Shown here: in pieces, positions 9,613 to 23,562 of the stretch
How positions within the stretch are numbered: the stretch's first letter is position 1
How the letters are laid out: each line of letters begins with the position of its first letter
Assembly: GCA_964016885.1 (NCBI GenBank)
Contig: OZ024743.1
Coordinates: forward strand, 92,752,001-92,816,000
Source: Eledone cirrhosa
Lineage: Eukaryota
DNA length: 64,000 nt
Reading direction: 5' to 3'
The notes under the pieces: model-generated
Told to the model about the DNA's origin: nothing
Databases searched by the model: none
Seen by the model: only the letters and a program-made list of their open reading frames with translations
Translations under genes and position numbers: made by a program

Positions 9613-9732
9613 GTTTACGGCCATATCACGCTGACAACACCGGTTCTCGTCCGATCACCGAAGTTAAGCAACGTCGAGCCTAATTAGTACTTGGATGGGT
9701 GACCGCCTGGGAACCCTAGGTGCCGTAAGCGT
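9613..9732 (+). rRNA. 5S: 5S rRNA copy 12 (G71A)
   Basis: 5S with one substitution. Confidence 0.94.
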
Positions 9733-10484
9733 TTAATTTTTTTTTTTTTTTTTTGATTAATATCTTTACAGAGCTATTTATTTTTTTAGTTCGGTGACCG
9801 CTTAGGAAACCGAGCTGCTGTATACATTTCCATTTTTCTTTCTTTTAGTTTCTTTCTTTTGCAAGCTTCTCTCGCAAATGTCTGTTAGTTTCAAAATAAT
9901 TAGGCACGCAAACCTTTTCCATTCTTTCAACCCTACCCTTCGCATACACACCACTGCAAACGTCTTAAAAGCTACCGACTGCAAAAACAGAGTTTCTTGA
10001 TAATTTCAGATATTTCAAACTTTTATTCCGTTCGCCTTCCGAAGTAGTAAGCCTGCTATATACTCTAGAAAATATTTATTGAACAGAGATTTGGCTGCTT
10101 TTTCTAGCAGGTAAAATTAGCACATTTCTTTAGAGCCGTTCGAATCGAACATTATCCACATCTGTAATAATTAATTCGGAATGGGTATCGTAGCTAGTTA
10201 TTTGGCCAAGTTATATAAACAAAAAGACAACATAAGTTTTAAAGACAGCAATATCGACAGCTATGCGACATTCTCGTAGTTAATAACGTGTGTTAATTTA
10301 AAAGTTAGGTGGGATTTATGTAAAATTTTATTAAGCAACCTAAATTGCTTGAAAATACTGTGTTATACGGTTGGAAGTAAGAAAAATGTTTAATAGAAAA
10401 TTAAAATATAAAAATTATCGTAAAAGAAAGGTGTTTAGTGAGTTGTTTTATACAATAAAACTATTAAATTCAGCATAAGCTTTC

Positions 10485-10604
10485 GTTTACGGCCATATCA
10501 CGCTGACAACACCGGTTCTCGTCCGATCACCGAAGTTAAGCAACGTCGAGCCTAGTTAGTACTTGGATGGGTGACCGCCTGGGAACCCTAGGTGCCGTAA
10601 GCGT
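10485..10604 (+). rRNA. 5S: 5S rRNA copy 13
   Basis: Consensus 5S. Confidence 0.97.
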
Positions 10605-11361
10605 TTAATTTTTTTTTTTTTTTTTTTTTTTTCATTAATATCTTTACAGAGCTATTTATTTTTTTAGTTCGGTGACCGCTTAGGAAACCGAGCTGCTGTA
10701 TACATTTCCATTTTTCTTTTTTTAGTTTCTTTCTTTTGCAAGCTTCTCTCGCCAATGTCTGTTAGTTTCAAAATAATTAGGCACGCAAACTTTTTCCTTT
10801 CTTTCAACCCTACCCTTCGCATACACACCACTGCAAACGTCTTAAAAGCTACCGACTGCAAAAACAGAGTTTCTTGATAATTTCAGATATTTCAAACTTT
10901 TATTCCGTTCGCCTTCCGAAGTAGTGAGCCTGCTATATACTCTAGAAAATATTTATTGAACAGAGATTTGGCTGCTTTTTCTAGCAGGTAAAATTAGCAC
11001 ATTTCTTTAGAGCCGTTCGAATCGAACATTATCCACATCTGTAATAATTAATTCGGAATGGGTATCGTAGCTAGTTATTTGGCCAAGTTATATAAACAAA
11101 AAGACAACATAAGTTTTAAAGACAGCGATATCGACAGCTATGCGACACTCTCGTAGTTAATAACGTGTGTTAATTTAAAAGTTAGATGAGATTTATGTAA
11201 AATTTTATTAAGCAACTTAAATTGCTTGAAAATACTGTGTTATACGGTTGAAAGTAAGAAAAATGTTTAATAGAAAATTAAAATATAAAAATTATCGTAA
11301 AAGAAAGGTGTTTAGTGAGTTGTTTTATACAATAAAACTATTAAATTCAGCATAAGCTTTC

Positions 11362-11481
11362 GTTTACGGCCATATCACGCTGACAACACCGGTTCTCGTC
11401 CGATCACCGAAGTTAAGCAACGTCGAGCCTAGTTAGTACTTGGATGGGTGACCGCCTGGGAACCCTAGGTGCCGTAAGCGT
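11362..11481 (+). rRNA. 5S: 5S rRNA copy 14
   Basis: Consensus 5S. Confidence 0.97.
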
Positions 11482-12235
11482 TTAATTTTTTTTTTTTTTT
11501 TTTTTTTCATTAATATCTTTACAGAGCTATTTATTTTTTTAGTTCGGTGACCGCTTAGGAAACCGAGCTGCTGTATACATTTCCATTTTTCTTTTTTAGT
11601 TTCTTTCTTTTGCAAGCTTCTCTCGCCAATGTCTGTTAGTTTCAAAATAATTAGGCACGCAAACTTTTTCCTTTCTTTCAACCCTACCCTTCGCATACAC
11701 ACCACTGCAAACGTCTTAAAAGCTACCGACTGCAAAAACAGAGTTTCTTGATAATTTCAGATATTTCAAACTTTTATTCCGTTCGCCTTCCGAAGTAGTG
11801 AGCCTGCTATATACTCTAGAAAATATTTATTGAACAGAGATTTGGCTGCTTTTTCTAGCAGGTAAAATTAGCACATTTCTTCAGAGCCGTTCGAATCGAA
11901 CATTATCCACATCTGTAATAATTAATTCGGAATGGGTATCGTAGCTAGTTATTTGGCCAAGTTATATAAACAAAAAGACAACATAAGTTTTAAAGACAGC
12001 AATATCGACAGCTATGCGACACTCTCGTAGTTAATAACGTGTGTTAATTTAAAAGTTAGATGAGATTTATGTAAAATTTTATTAAGCAACCTAAATTGCT
12101 TGAAAATACTATGTTATACGGTTGAAAGTAAGAAAAATGTTTAATAGAAAATTAAAATATAAAAATTATCGTAAAAGAAAGGTGTTTAGTGAGTTGTTTT
12201 ATACAATAAAACTATTAAGTTCAGCATAAGCTTTC

Positions 12236-12355
12236 GTTTACGGCCATATCACGCTGACAACACCGGTTCTCGTCCGATCACCGAAGTTAAGCAACGTCGA
12301 GCCTAGTTAGTACTTGGATGGGTGACTGCCTGGGAACCCTAGGTGCCGTAAGCGT
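12236..12355 (+). rRNA. 5S: 5S rRNA copy 15 (C92T)
   Basis: 5S with one substitution. Confidence 0.94.
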
Positions 12356-13109
12356 TTAATTTTTTTTTTTTTTTTTTTTCATTAATATCTTTACAGAGCT
12401 ATTTATTTTTTTAGTTCGGTGACCGCTTAGGAAACCGAGCTGCTGTATACATTTCCATTTTTCTTTCTTTTAGTTTCTTTCTTTTGCAAGCTTCTCTCGC
12501 CAATGTCTGTTAGTTTCAAAATAATTAGGCACGCAAACTTTTTCCTTTCTTTCAACCCTACCCTTCGCATACACACCACTGCAAACGTCTTAAAAGCTAC
12601 CGACTGCAAAAACAGAGTTTCTTGATAATTTCAGATATTTCAAACTGTTATTCCGTTCGCCTTCCGAAGTAGTGAGCCTGCTATATACTCTAGAAAATAT
12701 TTATTGAACAGAGATTTGGCTGCTTTTTCTAGCAGGTAAAATTAGCACATTTCTTTAGAGCCGTTCGAATCGAACATTATCGACATCTGTAATAATTAAT
12801 TCGGAATGGGTATCGTAGCTAGTTATTTGGCCAAGTTATATAAACAAAAAGACAACATAAGTTTTAAAGACAGCGATATCGACAGCTATGCGACACTCTC
12901 GTAGTTAATAACGTGTGTTAATTTAAAAGTTAGATGAGATTTATGTAAAATTTTATTAAGCAACCTAAATTGCTTGAAAATACTGTGTTATACGGTTGAA
13001 AGTAAGAAAAATGTTTAATAGAAAATTAAAATCTAAAAATTATCGTAAAAGAAAGGTGTTTAGTGAGTTGTTTTATACAATAAAACTATTAAATTCAGGA
13101 TATTCTTTC

Positions 13110-13229
13110 GTTTACGGCCATATCACGCTGACAACACCGGTTCTCGTCCGATCACCGAAGTTAAGCAACGTCGAGCCTAGTTAGTACTTGGATGGGTGAC
13201 CGCCTGGGAACCCTAGGTGCCGTAAGCGT
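13110..13229 (+). rRNA. 5S: 5S rRNA copy 16
   Basis: Consensus 5S; variant upstream flank. Confidence 0.97.
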
Positions 13230-13966
13230 TTAATTTTTTTTTTTTTTTTCATTAATATCTTTACAGAGCTATTTATTTTTTTTAGTTCGGTGACCGCTTA
13301 GGAAACCGAGCTGCTGTATACATTTCCATTTTTCTTTTTTTTGCAAGCTTCTCTCGCCAATGTCTGTTAGTTTCAAAATAATTAGGCACGCAAACTTTTT
13401 CCTTTCTTTCAACCCTACCCTTCGCATACACACCACTGCAAACGTCTTAAAAGCTACCGACTGCAAAAACAGAGTTTCTTGATAATTTCAGATATTTCAA
13501 ACTTTTATTCCGTTCGCCTTCCGAAGTAGTGAGCCTGCTATATACTCTAGAAAATATTTATTGAACAGAGATTTGGCTGCTTTTTCTAGCAGGTAAAATT
13601 AGCACATTTCTTTAGAGCCGTTCGAATCGAACATTATCCACATCTGTAATAATTTATTCGGAATGGGTATCGTAGCTACTTATTTGGCCAAGTTATATAA
13701 ACAAAAAGACAACATAAGTTTTAAAGACAGCAATATCGACAGCTATGCGACACTCTCGTAGTTAATAACGTGTGTTAATTTAAAAGTTAGATGAGATTTA
13801 TGTAAAATTTTATTAAGCAACCTAAATTGCTTGAAAATACTATGTTATACGGTTGAAAGTAAGAAAAATGTTTAATAGAAAATTAAAATATAAAAATTAT
13901 CGTAAAAGAAAGGTGTTTAGTGTGTTGTTTTATACAATAAAACTATTAAGTTCAGCATAAGCTTTC

Positions 13967-14086
13967 GTTTACGGCCATATCACGCTGACAACACCGGTTC
14001 TCGTCCGATTACCGAAGTTAAGCAACGTCGAGCCTAGTTAGTACTTGGATGGGTGACCGCCTGGGAACCCTAGGTGCCGTAAGCGT
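13967..14086 (+). rRNA. 5S: 5S rRNA copy 17 (C44T)
   Basis: 5S with one substitution. Confidence 0.95.
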
Positions 14087-14842
14087 TTAATTTTTTTTTT
14101 TTTTTTTTTTTCCATTAATATCTTTACAGAGCTATTTATTTTTTTAGTTCGGTGACCGCTTAGGAAACCGAGCTGCTGTATACATTTCCATTTTTCTTTC
14201 TTTTAGTTTCTTTCTTTTGCAAGCTTCTCTCGCCAATGTCTGTTAGTTTCAAAATAATTAGGCACGCAAACTTTTTCCTTTCTTTCAACCCTACCCTTCG
14301 CATACACACCACTGCAAACGTCTTAAAAGCTACCGACTGCAAAAACAGAGTTTCTTGATAATTTCAGATATTTCAAACTTTTATTCCGTTCGCCTTCCGA
14401 AGTAGTAAGCCTGCTATATACTCTAGAAAATATTTATTGAACAGAGATTTGGCTGCTTTTTCTAGCAGGTAAAATTAGCACATTTCTTTAGAGCCGTTCG
14501 AATCGAACATTATCCACATCTGTAATAATTAATTCGGAATGGGTATCGTAGCTAGTTATTTGGCCAAGTTATATAAACAAAAAGACAACATAAGTTTTAA
14601 AGACAGCAATATCGACAGCTATGCGACACTCTCGTAGTTAATAACGTGTGTTAATTTAAAAGTTAGATGAGATTTATGTAAAATTTTATTAAGCAACCTA
14701 AATTGCTTGAAAATACTATGTTATACGGTTGAAAGTAAGAAAAATGTTTAATAGAAAATTAAAATATAAAAATTATCGTAAAAGAAAGGTGTTTAGTGAG
14801 TTGTTTTATACAATAAAACTATTAAGTTCAGCATAAGCTTTC

Positions 14843-14962
14843 GTTTACGGCCATATCACGCTGACAACACCGGTTCTCGTCCGATCACCGAAGTTAAGCA
14901 ACGTCGAGCCTAGTTAGTACTTGGATGGGTGACCGCCTGGGAACCCTAGGTGCCGTAAGCGT
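14843..14962 (+). rRNA. 5S: 5S rRNA copy 18
   Basis: Consensus 5S. Confidence 0.97.
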
Positions 14963-15718
14963 TTAATTTTTTTTTTTTTTTTTTTTTTTCATTAATATCT
15001 TTACAGAGCTATTTATTTTTTTAGTTCGGTGACCGCTTAGGAAACCGAGCTGCTGTATACATTTCAATTTTTCTTTTTTTAGTTTCTTTCTTTTGCAAGC
15101 TTCTCTCGCCAATGTCTGTTAGTTTCAAAATAATTAGGCACGCAAACTTTTTCCTTTCTTTCAACCCTACCCTTCGCATACACACCACTGCAAACGTCTT
15201 AAAAGCTACCGACTGCAAAAACAGAGTTTCTTGATAATTTCAGATATTTCAAACTTTTATTCCGTTCGCCTTCCGAAGTAGTGAGCCTGCTATATACTCT
15301 AGAAAATATTTATTGAACAGAGATTTGGCTGCTTTTTCTAGCAGGTAAAATTAGCACATTTCTTTAGAGCCGTTCGAATCGAACATTATCGACATCTGTA
15401 ATAATTAATTCGGAATGGGTATCGTAGCTAGTTATTTGGCCAAGTTATATAAACAAAAAGACAACATAAGTTTTAAAGACAGCGATATCGACAGCTATGC
15501 GACACTCTCGTAGTTAATAACGTGTGTTAATTTAAAAGTTAGATGAGATTTATGTAAAATTTTATTAAGCAACCTAAATTGCTTGAAAATACTGTGTTAT
15601 ACGGTTGAAAGTAAGAAAAATGTTTAATAGAAAATTAAAATATAAAAATTATCGTAAAAGAAAGGTGTTTAGTGAGTTGTTTTATACAATAAAACTATTA
15701 AATTCAGCATAAGCTTTC

Positions 15719-15838
15719 GTTTACGGCCATATCACGCTGACAACACCGGTTCTCGTCCGATCACCGAAGTTAAGCAACGTCGAGCCTAGTTAGTACTTGG
15801 ATGGGTGACCGCCTGGGAACCCTAGGTGCCGTAAGCGT
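15719..15838 (+). rRNA. 5S: 5S rRNA copy 19
   Basis: Consensus 5S. Confidence 0.97.
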
Positions 15839-16590
15839 TTAATTTTTTTTTTTTTTTTTTCATTAATATCTTTACAGAGCTATTTATTTTTTTAGTTCGG
15901 TGACCGCTTAGGAAACCGAGCTGCTGTATACATTTCCATTTTTCTTTCTTTTAGTTTCTTTCTTTTGCAAGCTTCTCTCGCCAATGTCTGTTAGTTTCAA
16001 AATAATTAGGCACGCAAACATTTTCCTTTCTTTCAACCCTACCCTTCGCATACACACCACTGCAAACGTCTTAAAAGCTACCGACTGCAAAAACAGAGTT
16101 TCTTGATAATTTCAGATATTTCAAACTTTTATTCCGTTCGCCTTCCGAAGTAGTAAGCCTGCTATATACTCTAGAAAATATTTATTGAACAGAGATTTGG
16201 CTGCTTTTTCTAGCAGGTAAAATTAGCACATTTCTTTAGAGCCGTTCGAATCGAACATTATCCACATCTGTAATAATTAATTCGGAATGGGTATCGTAGC
16301 TAGTTATTTGGCCAAGTTATATAAACAAAAAGACAACATAAGTTTTAAAGACAGCAATATCGACAGCTATGCGACACTCTCGTAGTTAATAACGTGTGTT
16401 AATTTAAAAGTTAGGTGAGATTTATGTAAAATTTTATTAAGCAACCTAAATTATTTGAAAATACTGTGTTATACGGTTGAAAGTAAGAAAAATGTTTAAT
16501 AGAAAATTAAAATATAAAAATTATCGTAAAAGAAAGGTGTTTAGTGAGTTGTTTTATACAATAAAACTATTAAATTCAGCATAAGCTTTC

Positions 16591-16710
16591 GTTTACGGCC
16601 ATATCACGCTGACAACACCGGTTCTCGTCCGATCACCGAAGTTAAGCAACGTCGAGCCTAGTTAGTACTTGGATGGGTGACCGCCTGGGAACCCTAGGTG
16701 CCGTAAGCGT
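16591..16710 (+). rRNA. 5S: 5S rRNA copy 20
   Basis: Consensus 5S. Confidence 0.97.
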
Positions 16711-17465
16711 TTAATTTTTTTTTTTTTTTTTGTCTTTCATTAATATCTTTACAGAGCTATTTATTTTTTTAGTTCGGTGACCGCTTAGGAAACCGAGCTG
16801 CTGTATACATTTCCATTTTTCTTTTTTTAGTTTCTTTCTTTTGCAAGCTTCTCTCGCCAATGTCTGTTAGTTTCAAAATAATTAGGCACGCAAACATTTC
16901 CTTTCTTTCAACCCTACCCTTCGCATACACACCACTGCAAACGTCTTAAAAGCTACCGACTGCAAAAACAGAGTTTCTTGATAATTTCAGATATTTCAAA
17001 CTTTTATTCCGTTCGCCTTCCGAAGTAGTGAGCCTGCTATATACTCTAGAAAATATTTATTGAACAGAGATTTGGCTGCTTTTTCTAGCAGGTAAAATTA
17101 GCACATTTCTTTAGAGCCGTTCGAATCGAACATTATCGACATCTGTAATAATTAATTCGGAATGGGTATCGTAGCTAGTTATTTGGCCAAGTTATATAAA
17201 CAAAAAGACAACATAAGTTTTAAAGACAGCAATATCGACAGCTATGCGACACTCTCGTAGTTAATAACGTGTGTTAATTTAAAAGTTAGATGAGATTTAT
17301 GTAAAATTTTATTAAGCAACCTAAATTGCTTGAAAATACTATGTTATACGGTTGAAAGTAAGAAAAATGTTTAATAGAAAATTAAAATATAAAAATTATC
17401 GTAAAAGAAAGGTGTTTAGTGAGTTGTTTTATACAATAAAACTATTAAGTTCAGCATAAGCTTTC

Positions 17466-17572
17466 CTTTACGGCCATATCACGCTGACAACACCGGTTCT
17501 CGTCCGATCACCGAAGTTAAGCAACGTCGAGCCTAGTTAGTACTTGGATGGAACCCTAGGTGCCGTAAGCGT
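17466..17572 (+). pseudogene. 5S: 5S copy 21, same 13-bp box C deletion plus G1C
   Basis: CTTTACGGCC start; GGATGGAACCC deletion junction. Confidence 0.92.
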
Positions 17573-18329
17573 TTAATTTTTTTTTTTTTTTTTTTTTTTT
17601 CATTAATATCTTTACAGAGCTATTTATTTTTTTAGTTCGGTGACCGCTTAGGAAACCGAGCTGCTGTATACATTTCCATTTTTCTTTTTTTAGTTTCTTT
17701 CTTTTGCAAGCTTCTCTCGCCAATGTCTGTTAGTTTCAAAATAATTAGGCACGCAAACTTTTTCCTTTCTTTCAACCCTACCCTTCGCATACACACCACT
17801 GCAAACGTCTTAAAAGCTACCGACTGCAAAAACAGAGTTTCTTGATAATTTCAGATATTTCAAACTTTTATTCCGTTCGCCTTCCGAAGTAGTGAGCCTG
17901 CTATATACTCTAGAAAATATTTATTGAACTGAGATTTGGCTGCTTTTTCTAGCAGGTAAAATTAGCACATTACTTTAGAGCCGTTCGAATCGAACATTAT
18001 CCACATCTGTAATAATTAATTCGGAATGGGTATCGTAGCTTGTTATTTGGCCAAGTTATATAAATAAAAAGACACCATAAGTTTTAAAGACAGCGATATC
18101 GACAGCTATGCAACACCCTCGTAGTTAATAACGTGTGTTAATTTAAAAGTTAGATGAGATTTATGTAAAATTTTATTAAGCAACCTAAATTGCTTGAAAA
18201 TACTGTGTTATACGGTTGAAAGTAAGAAAAATGTTTAATAGAAAATTAAAATATAAAAATTATCGTAAAAGAAAGGTGTTTAGTGAGTTGTTTTATACAA
18301 TAAAACTATTAAATTCAGCATAAGCTTTC

Positions 18330-18449
18330 GTTTACGGCCATATCACGCTGACAACACCGGTTCTCGTCCGATCACCGAAGTTAAGCAACGTCGAGCCTAG
18401 TTAGTACCTGGATGGGTGACCGCCTGGGAACCCTAGGTGCCGTAAGCGT
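18330..18449 (+). rRNA. 5S: 5S rRNA copy 22 (T79C)
   Basis: 5S with one substitution. Confidence 0.94.
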
Positions 18450-19201
18450 TTAATTTTTTTTTTTTTTTTTTGATTAATATCTTTACAGAGCTATTTATTT
18501 TTTTAGTTCGGTGACCGCTTAGGAAACCGAGCTGCTGTATACATTTCCATTTTTCTTTCTTTTAGTTTCTTTCTTTTGCAAGCTTCTCTCGCAAATGTCT
18601 GTTAGTTTCAAAATAATTAGGCACGCAAACTTTTTCCATTCTTTCAACCCTACCCTTCGCATACACACCACTGCAAACGTCTTAAAAGCTACCGACTGCA
18701 AAAACAGAGTTTCTTGATAATTTCAGATATTTCAAACTTTTATTCCGTTCGCCTTCCGAAGTAGTAAGCCTGCTATATACTCTAGAAAATATTTATTGAA
18801 CAGAGATTTGGCTGCTTTTTCTAGCAGGTAAAATTAGCACATTTCTTTAGAGCCGTTCGAATCGAACATTATCCACATCTGTAATAATTAATTCGGAATG
18901 GGTATCGTAGCTAGTTATTTGGCCAAGTTATATAAACAAAAAGACAACATAAGTTTTAAAGACAGCAATATCGACAGCTATGCGACATTCTCGTAGTTAA
19001 TAACGTGTGTTAATTTAAAAGTTAGGTGAGATTTATGTAAAATTTTATTAAGCAACCTAAATTGCTTGAAAATACTGTGTTATACGGTTGGAAGTAAGAA
19101 AAATGTTTAATAGAAAATTAAAATATAAAAATTATCGTAAAAGAAAGGTGTTTAGTGAGTTGTTTTATACAATAAAACTATTAAATTCAGCATAAGCTTT
19201 C

Positions 19202-19321
19202 GTTTACGGCCATATCACGCTGACAACACCGGTTCTCGTCCGATCACCGAAGTTAAGCAACGTCGAGCCTAGTTAGTACTTGGATGGGTGACCGCCTGGG
19301 AACCCTAGGTGCCGTAAGCGT
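19202..19321 (+). rRNA. 5S: 5S rRNA copy 23
   Basis: Consensus 5S. Confidence 0.97.
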
Positions 19322-20078
19322 TTAATTTTTTTTTTTTTTTTTTTTTTTTCATTAATATCTTTACAGAGCTATTTATTTTTTCAGTTCGGTGACCGCTTAG
19401 GAAACCGAGCTGCTGTATACATTTCCATTTTTCTTTTTTTAGTTTCTTTCTTTTGCAAGCTTCTCTCGCCAATGTCTGTTAGTTTCAAAATAATTAGGCA
19501 CGCAAACTTTTTCCTTTCTTTCAACCCTACCCTTCGCATACACACCACTGCAAACGTCTTAAAAGCTACCGACTGCAAAAACAGAGTTTCTTGATAATTT
19601 CAGATATTTCAAACTTTTATTCCGTTCGCCTTCCGAAGTAGTGAGCCTGCTATATACTCTAGAAAATATTTATTGAACAGAGATTTGGCTGCTTTTTCTA
19701 GCAGGTAAAATTAGCACATTTCTTTAGAGCCGTTCGAATCGAACATTATCCACATCTGTAATAATTAATTCGGAATGGGTATCGTAGCTAGTTATTTGGC
19801 CAAGTTATATAAACAAAAAGACAACATAAGTTTTAAAGACAGCGATATCGACAGCTATGCGACACTCTCGTAGTTAATAACGTGTGTTAATTTAAAAGTT
19901 AGATGAGATTTATGTAAAATTTTATTAAGCAACTTAAATTGCTTGAAAATACTGTGTTATACGGTTGAAAGTAAGAAAAATGTTTAATAGAAAATTAAAA
20001 TATAAAAATTATCGTAAAAGAAAGGTGTTTAGTGAGTTGTTTTATACAATAAAACTATTAAATTCAGCATAAGCTTTC

Positions 20079-20198
20079 GTTTACGGCCATATCACGCTGA
20101 CAACACCGGTTCTCGTCCGATCACCGAAGTTAAGCAACGTCGAGCCTAGTTAGTACTTGGATGGGTGACCGCCTGGGAACCCTAGGTGCCGTAAGCGT
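20079..20198 (+). rRNA. 5S: 5S rRNA copy 24
   Basis: Consensus 5S. Confidence 0.97.
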
Positions 20199-20952
20199 TT
20201 AATTTTTTTTTTTTTTTTTTTTTTCATTAATATCTTTACAGAGCTATTTATTTTTTTAGTTCGGTGACCGCTTAGGAAACCGAGCTGCTGTATACATTTC
20301 CATTTTTCTTTTTTAGTTTCTTTCTTTTGCAAGCTTCTCTCGCCAATGTCTGTTAGTTTCAAAATAATTAGGCACGCAAACTTTTTCCTTTCTTTCAACC
20401 CTACCCTTCGCATACACACCACTGCAAACGTCTTAAAAGCTACCGACTGCAAAAACAGAGTTTCTTGATAATTTCAGATATTTCAAACTTTTATTCCGTT
20501 CGCCTTCCGAAGTAGTGAGCCTGCTATATACTCTAGAAAATATTTATTGAACAGAGATTTGGCTGCTTTTTCTAGCAGGTAAAATTAGCACATTTCTTTA
20601 GAGCCGTTCGAATCGAACATTATCCACATCTGTAATAATTAATTCGGAATGGGTATCGTAGCTAGTTATTTGGCCAAGTTATATAAACAAAAAGACAACA
20701 TAAGTTTTAAAGACAGCGATATCGACAGCTATGCGACACTCTCGTAGTTAATAACGTGTGTTAATTTAAAAGTTAGATGAGATTTATGTAAAATTTTATT
20801 AAGCAACCTAAATTGCTTGAAAATACTGTGTTATACGGTTGAAAGTAAGAAAAATGTTTAATAGAAAATTAAAATATAAAAATTATCGTAAAAGAAAGGT
20901 GTTTAGTGAGTTGTTTTATACAATAAAACTCTTAAATTCAGCATATTCTTTC

Positions 20953-21072
20953 GTTTACGGCCATATCACGCTGACAACACCGGTTCTCGTCCGATCACCG
21001 AAGTTAAGCAACGTCGAGCCTAGTTAGTACTTGGATGGGTGACCGCCTGGGAACCCTAGGTGCCGTAAACGT
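20953..21072 (+). rRNA. 5S: 5S rRNA copy 25 (G117A)
   Basis: Substitution converts U2-G117 to U-A. Confidence 0.96.
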
Positions 21073-21814
21073 TTAATTTTTTTTTTTTTTTTTTTTTCAT
21101 TAATATCTTTACAGGGCTATTTATTTTTTTTAGTTCGGTGACCGCTTAGGAAACCGAGCTGCTGTATACATTTCCATTTTACTTTTTTTTGCAAGCTTCT
21201 CTCGCCAATGTCTGTTAGTTTCAAAATAATTAGGCACGCAAACTTTTTCCTTTCTTTCAACCCTACCCTTCGCATACACACCACTGCAAACGTCTTAAAA
21301 GCTACCGACTGCAAAAACAGAATTTCTTGATAATTTCAGATATTTCAAACTTTTATTCCGTTCGCCTTCCGAAGTAGTGAGCCTGCTATATACTCTAGAA
21401 AATATTTATTGAACAGAGATTTGGCTGCTTTTTCTAGCAGGTAAAATTAGCACATTTCTTTAGAGCCGTTCGAATCGAACATTATCCACATCTGTAATAA
21501 TTAATTCGGAATGGGTATCGTAGCTAGTTATTTGGCCAAGTTATATAAACAAAAAGACAACATAAGTTTTAAAGACAGCGATATCGACAGCTATGCGACA
21601 CTCTCGTAGTTAATAACGTGTGTTAATTTAAAAGTTAGATGAGATTTATGTAAAATTTTATTAAGCAACCTAAATTGCTTGAAAATACTGTGTTATACGG
21701 TTGAAAGTAAGAAACATGTTTAATAGAAAATTAAAATATAAAAATTATCGTAAAAGAAAGGTGTTTAGTGAGTTGTTTTATACAATAAAACTATTAAATT
21801 CAGCATAACCTTTC

Positions 21815-21934
21815 GTTTACGGCCATATCACGCTGACAACACCGGTTCTCGTCCGATCACCGAAGTTAAGCAACGTCGAGCCTAGTTAGTACTTGGATGG
21901 GTGACCGCCTGGGAACCCTAGGTGCCGTAAGCGT
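21815..21934 (+). rRNA. 5S: 5S rRNA copy 26
   Basis: Consensus 5S. Confidence 0.97.
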
Positions 21935-22688
21935 TTAATTTTTTTTTTTTTTTTTTTTCATTAATATCTTTACAGAGCTATTTATTTTTTTAGTTCGGTG
22001 ACCGCTCAGGAAACCGAGCTGCTGTATACATTTCCATTTTTCTTTCTTTTAGTTTCTTTCTTTTGCAAGCTTCTCTCGCCAATGTCTGTTATTTTCAAAA
22101 TAATTAGGCACGCAAACTTTTTCCTTTCTTTCAACCCTACCCTTCGCATACACACCACTGCAAACGTCTTAAAAGCTACCGACTGCAAAAACAGAGTTTC
22201 TTGATAATTTCAGATATTTCAAACTTTTATTCCGTTCGCCTTCCGAAGTAGTGAGCCTGCTATATACTCGAGAAAATATTTATTGAACAGAGATTTGGCT
22301 GCTTTTTCTAGCAGGTAAAATTAGCACATTTCTTTAGAGCCGTTCGAATCGAACATTATCCACATCTGTAATAATTAATTCGGAATGGGTATCGTAGCTA
22401 GTTATTTGGCCAAGTTATATAAACAAAAAGACAACATAAGTTTTAAAGACAGCGATATCGACAGCTATGCGACACTCTCGTAGTTAATAACGTGTGTTAA
22501 TTTAAAAGTTAGATGAGATTTATGTAAAATTTTATTAAGCAACCTAAATTGCTTGAAAATACTGTGTTATACGGTTGAAAGTAAGAAAAATGTTTAATAG
22601 AAAATTAAAATATAAAAATTATCGTAAAAGAAAGGTGTTTAGTGAGTTGTTTTATACAATAAAACTATTAAATTCAGCATAAGCTTTC

Positions 22689-22808
22689 GTTTACGGCCAT
22701 ATCACGCTGACAACACCGGTTCTCGTCCGATCACCGAAGTTAAGCAACGTCGAACCTAGTTAGTACTTGGATGGGTGACCGCCTGGGAACCCTAGGTGCC
22801 CTAAGCGT
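22689..22808 (+). rRNA. 5S: 5S rRNA copy 27 (G66A, G113C)
   Basis: 5S; G113C breaks a helix I pair. Confidence 0.9.
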
Positions 22809-23562
22809 TTAATTTTTTTTTTTTTTTTTTTTCATTAATATCTTTACAGAGCTATTTATTTTTTTAGTTCGGTGACCGCTTAGGAAACCGAGCTGCTGTA
22901 TACATTTCCATTTTTCTTTCTTTTAGTTTCTTTCTTTTGCAAGCTTCTCTCGCCAATGTCTGTTATTTTCAAAATAATTAGGCACGCAAACTTTTTCCTT
23001 TCTTTCAACCCTACCCTTCGCATACACACCACTGCAAACGTCTTAAAAGCTACCGACTCCAAAAACAGATTTTCTTGATAATTTCAGATATTTCAAACTT
23101 TTATTCCGTTCGCCTTCCGAAGTAGTGAGCCTGCTATATACTCTAGAAAATATTTATTGAACAGAGATTTGGCTGCTTTTTCTAGCAGGTAAAATTAGCA
23201 CATTTCTTTAGAGCCGTTCGAATCGAACATTATCCACATCTGTAATAATTAATTCGGAATGGGTATCGTAGCTAGTTATTTGGCCAAGTTATATAAACAA
23301 AAAGACAACATAAGTTTTAAAGACAGCGATATCGACAGCTATGCGACACTCTCGTAGTTAATAACGTGTGTTAATTTAAAAGTTAGATGAGATTTATGTA
23401 AAATTTTATTAAGCAACCTAAATTGCTTGAAAATACTGTGTTATACGGTTGAAAGTAAGAAACATGTTTAATAGAAAATTAAAATATAAAAATTATCGTA
23501 AAAGAAAGGTGTTTAGTGAGTTGTTTTATACAATAAAACTATTAAATTCAGCATAAGCTTTC

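Noticed and set aside
12996-13184. Plus-strand ORFs (MKVRKMF..., MTAQETE..., MLYTFPF...)
   Set aside because: Arise in only a few units from single substitutions; overlap the 5S gene or low-complexity spacer
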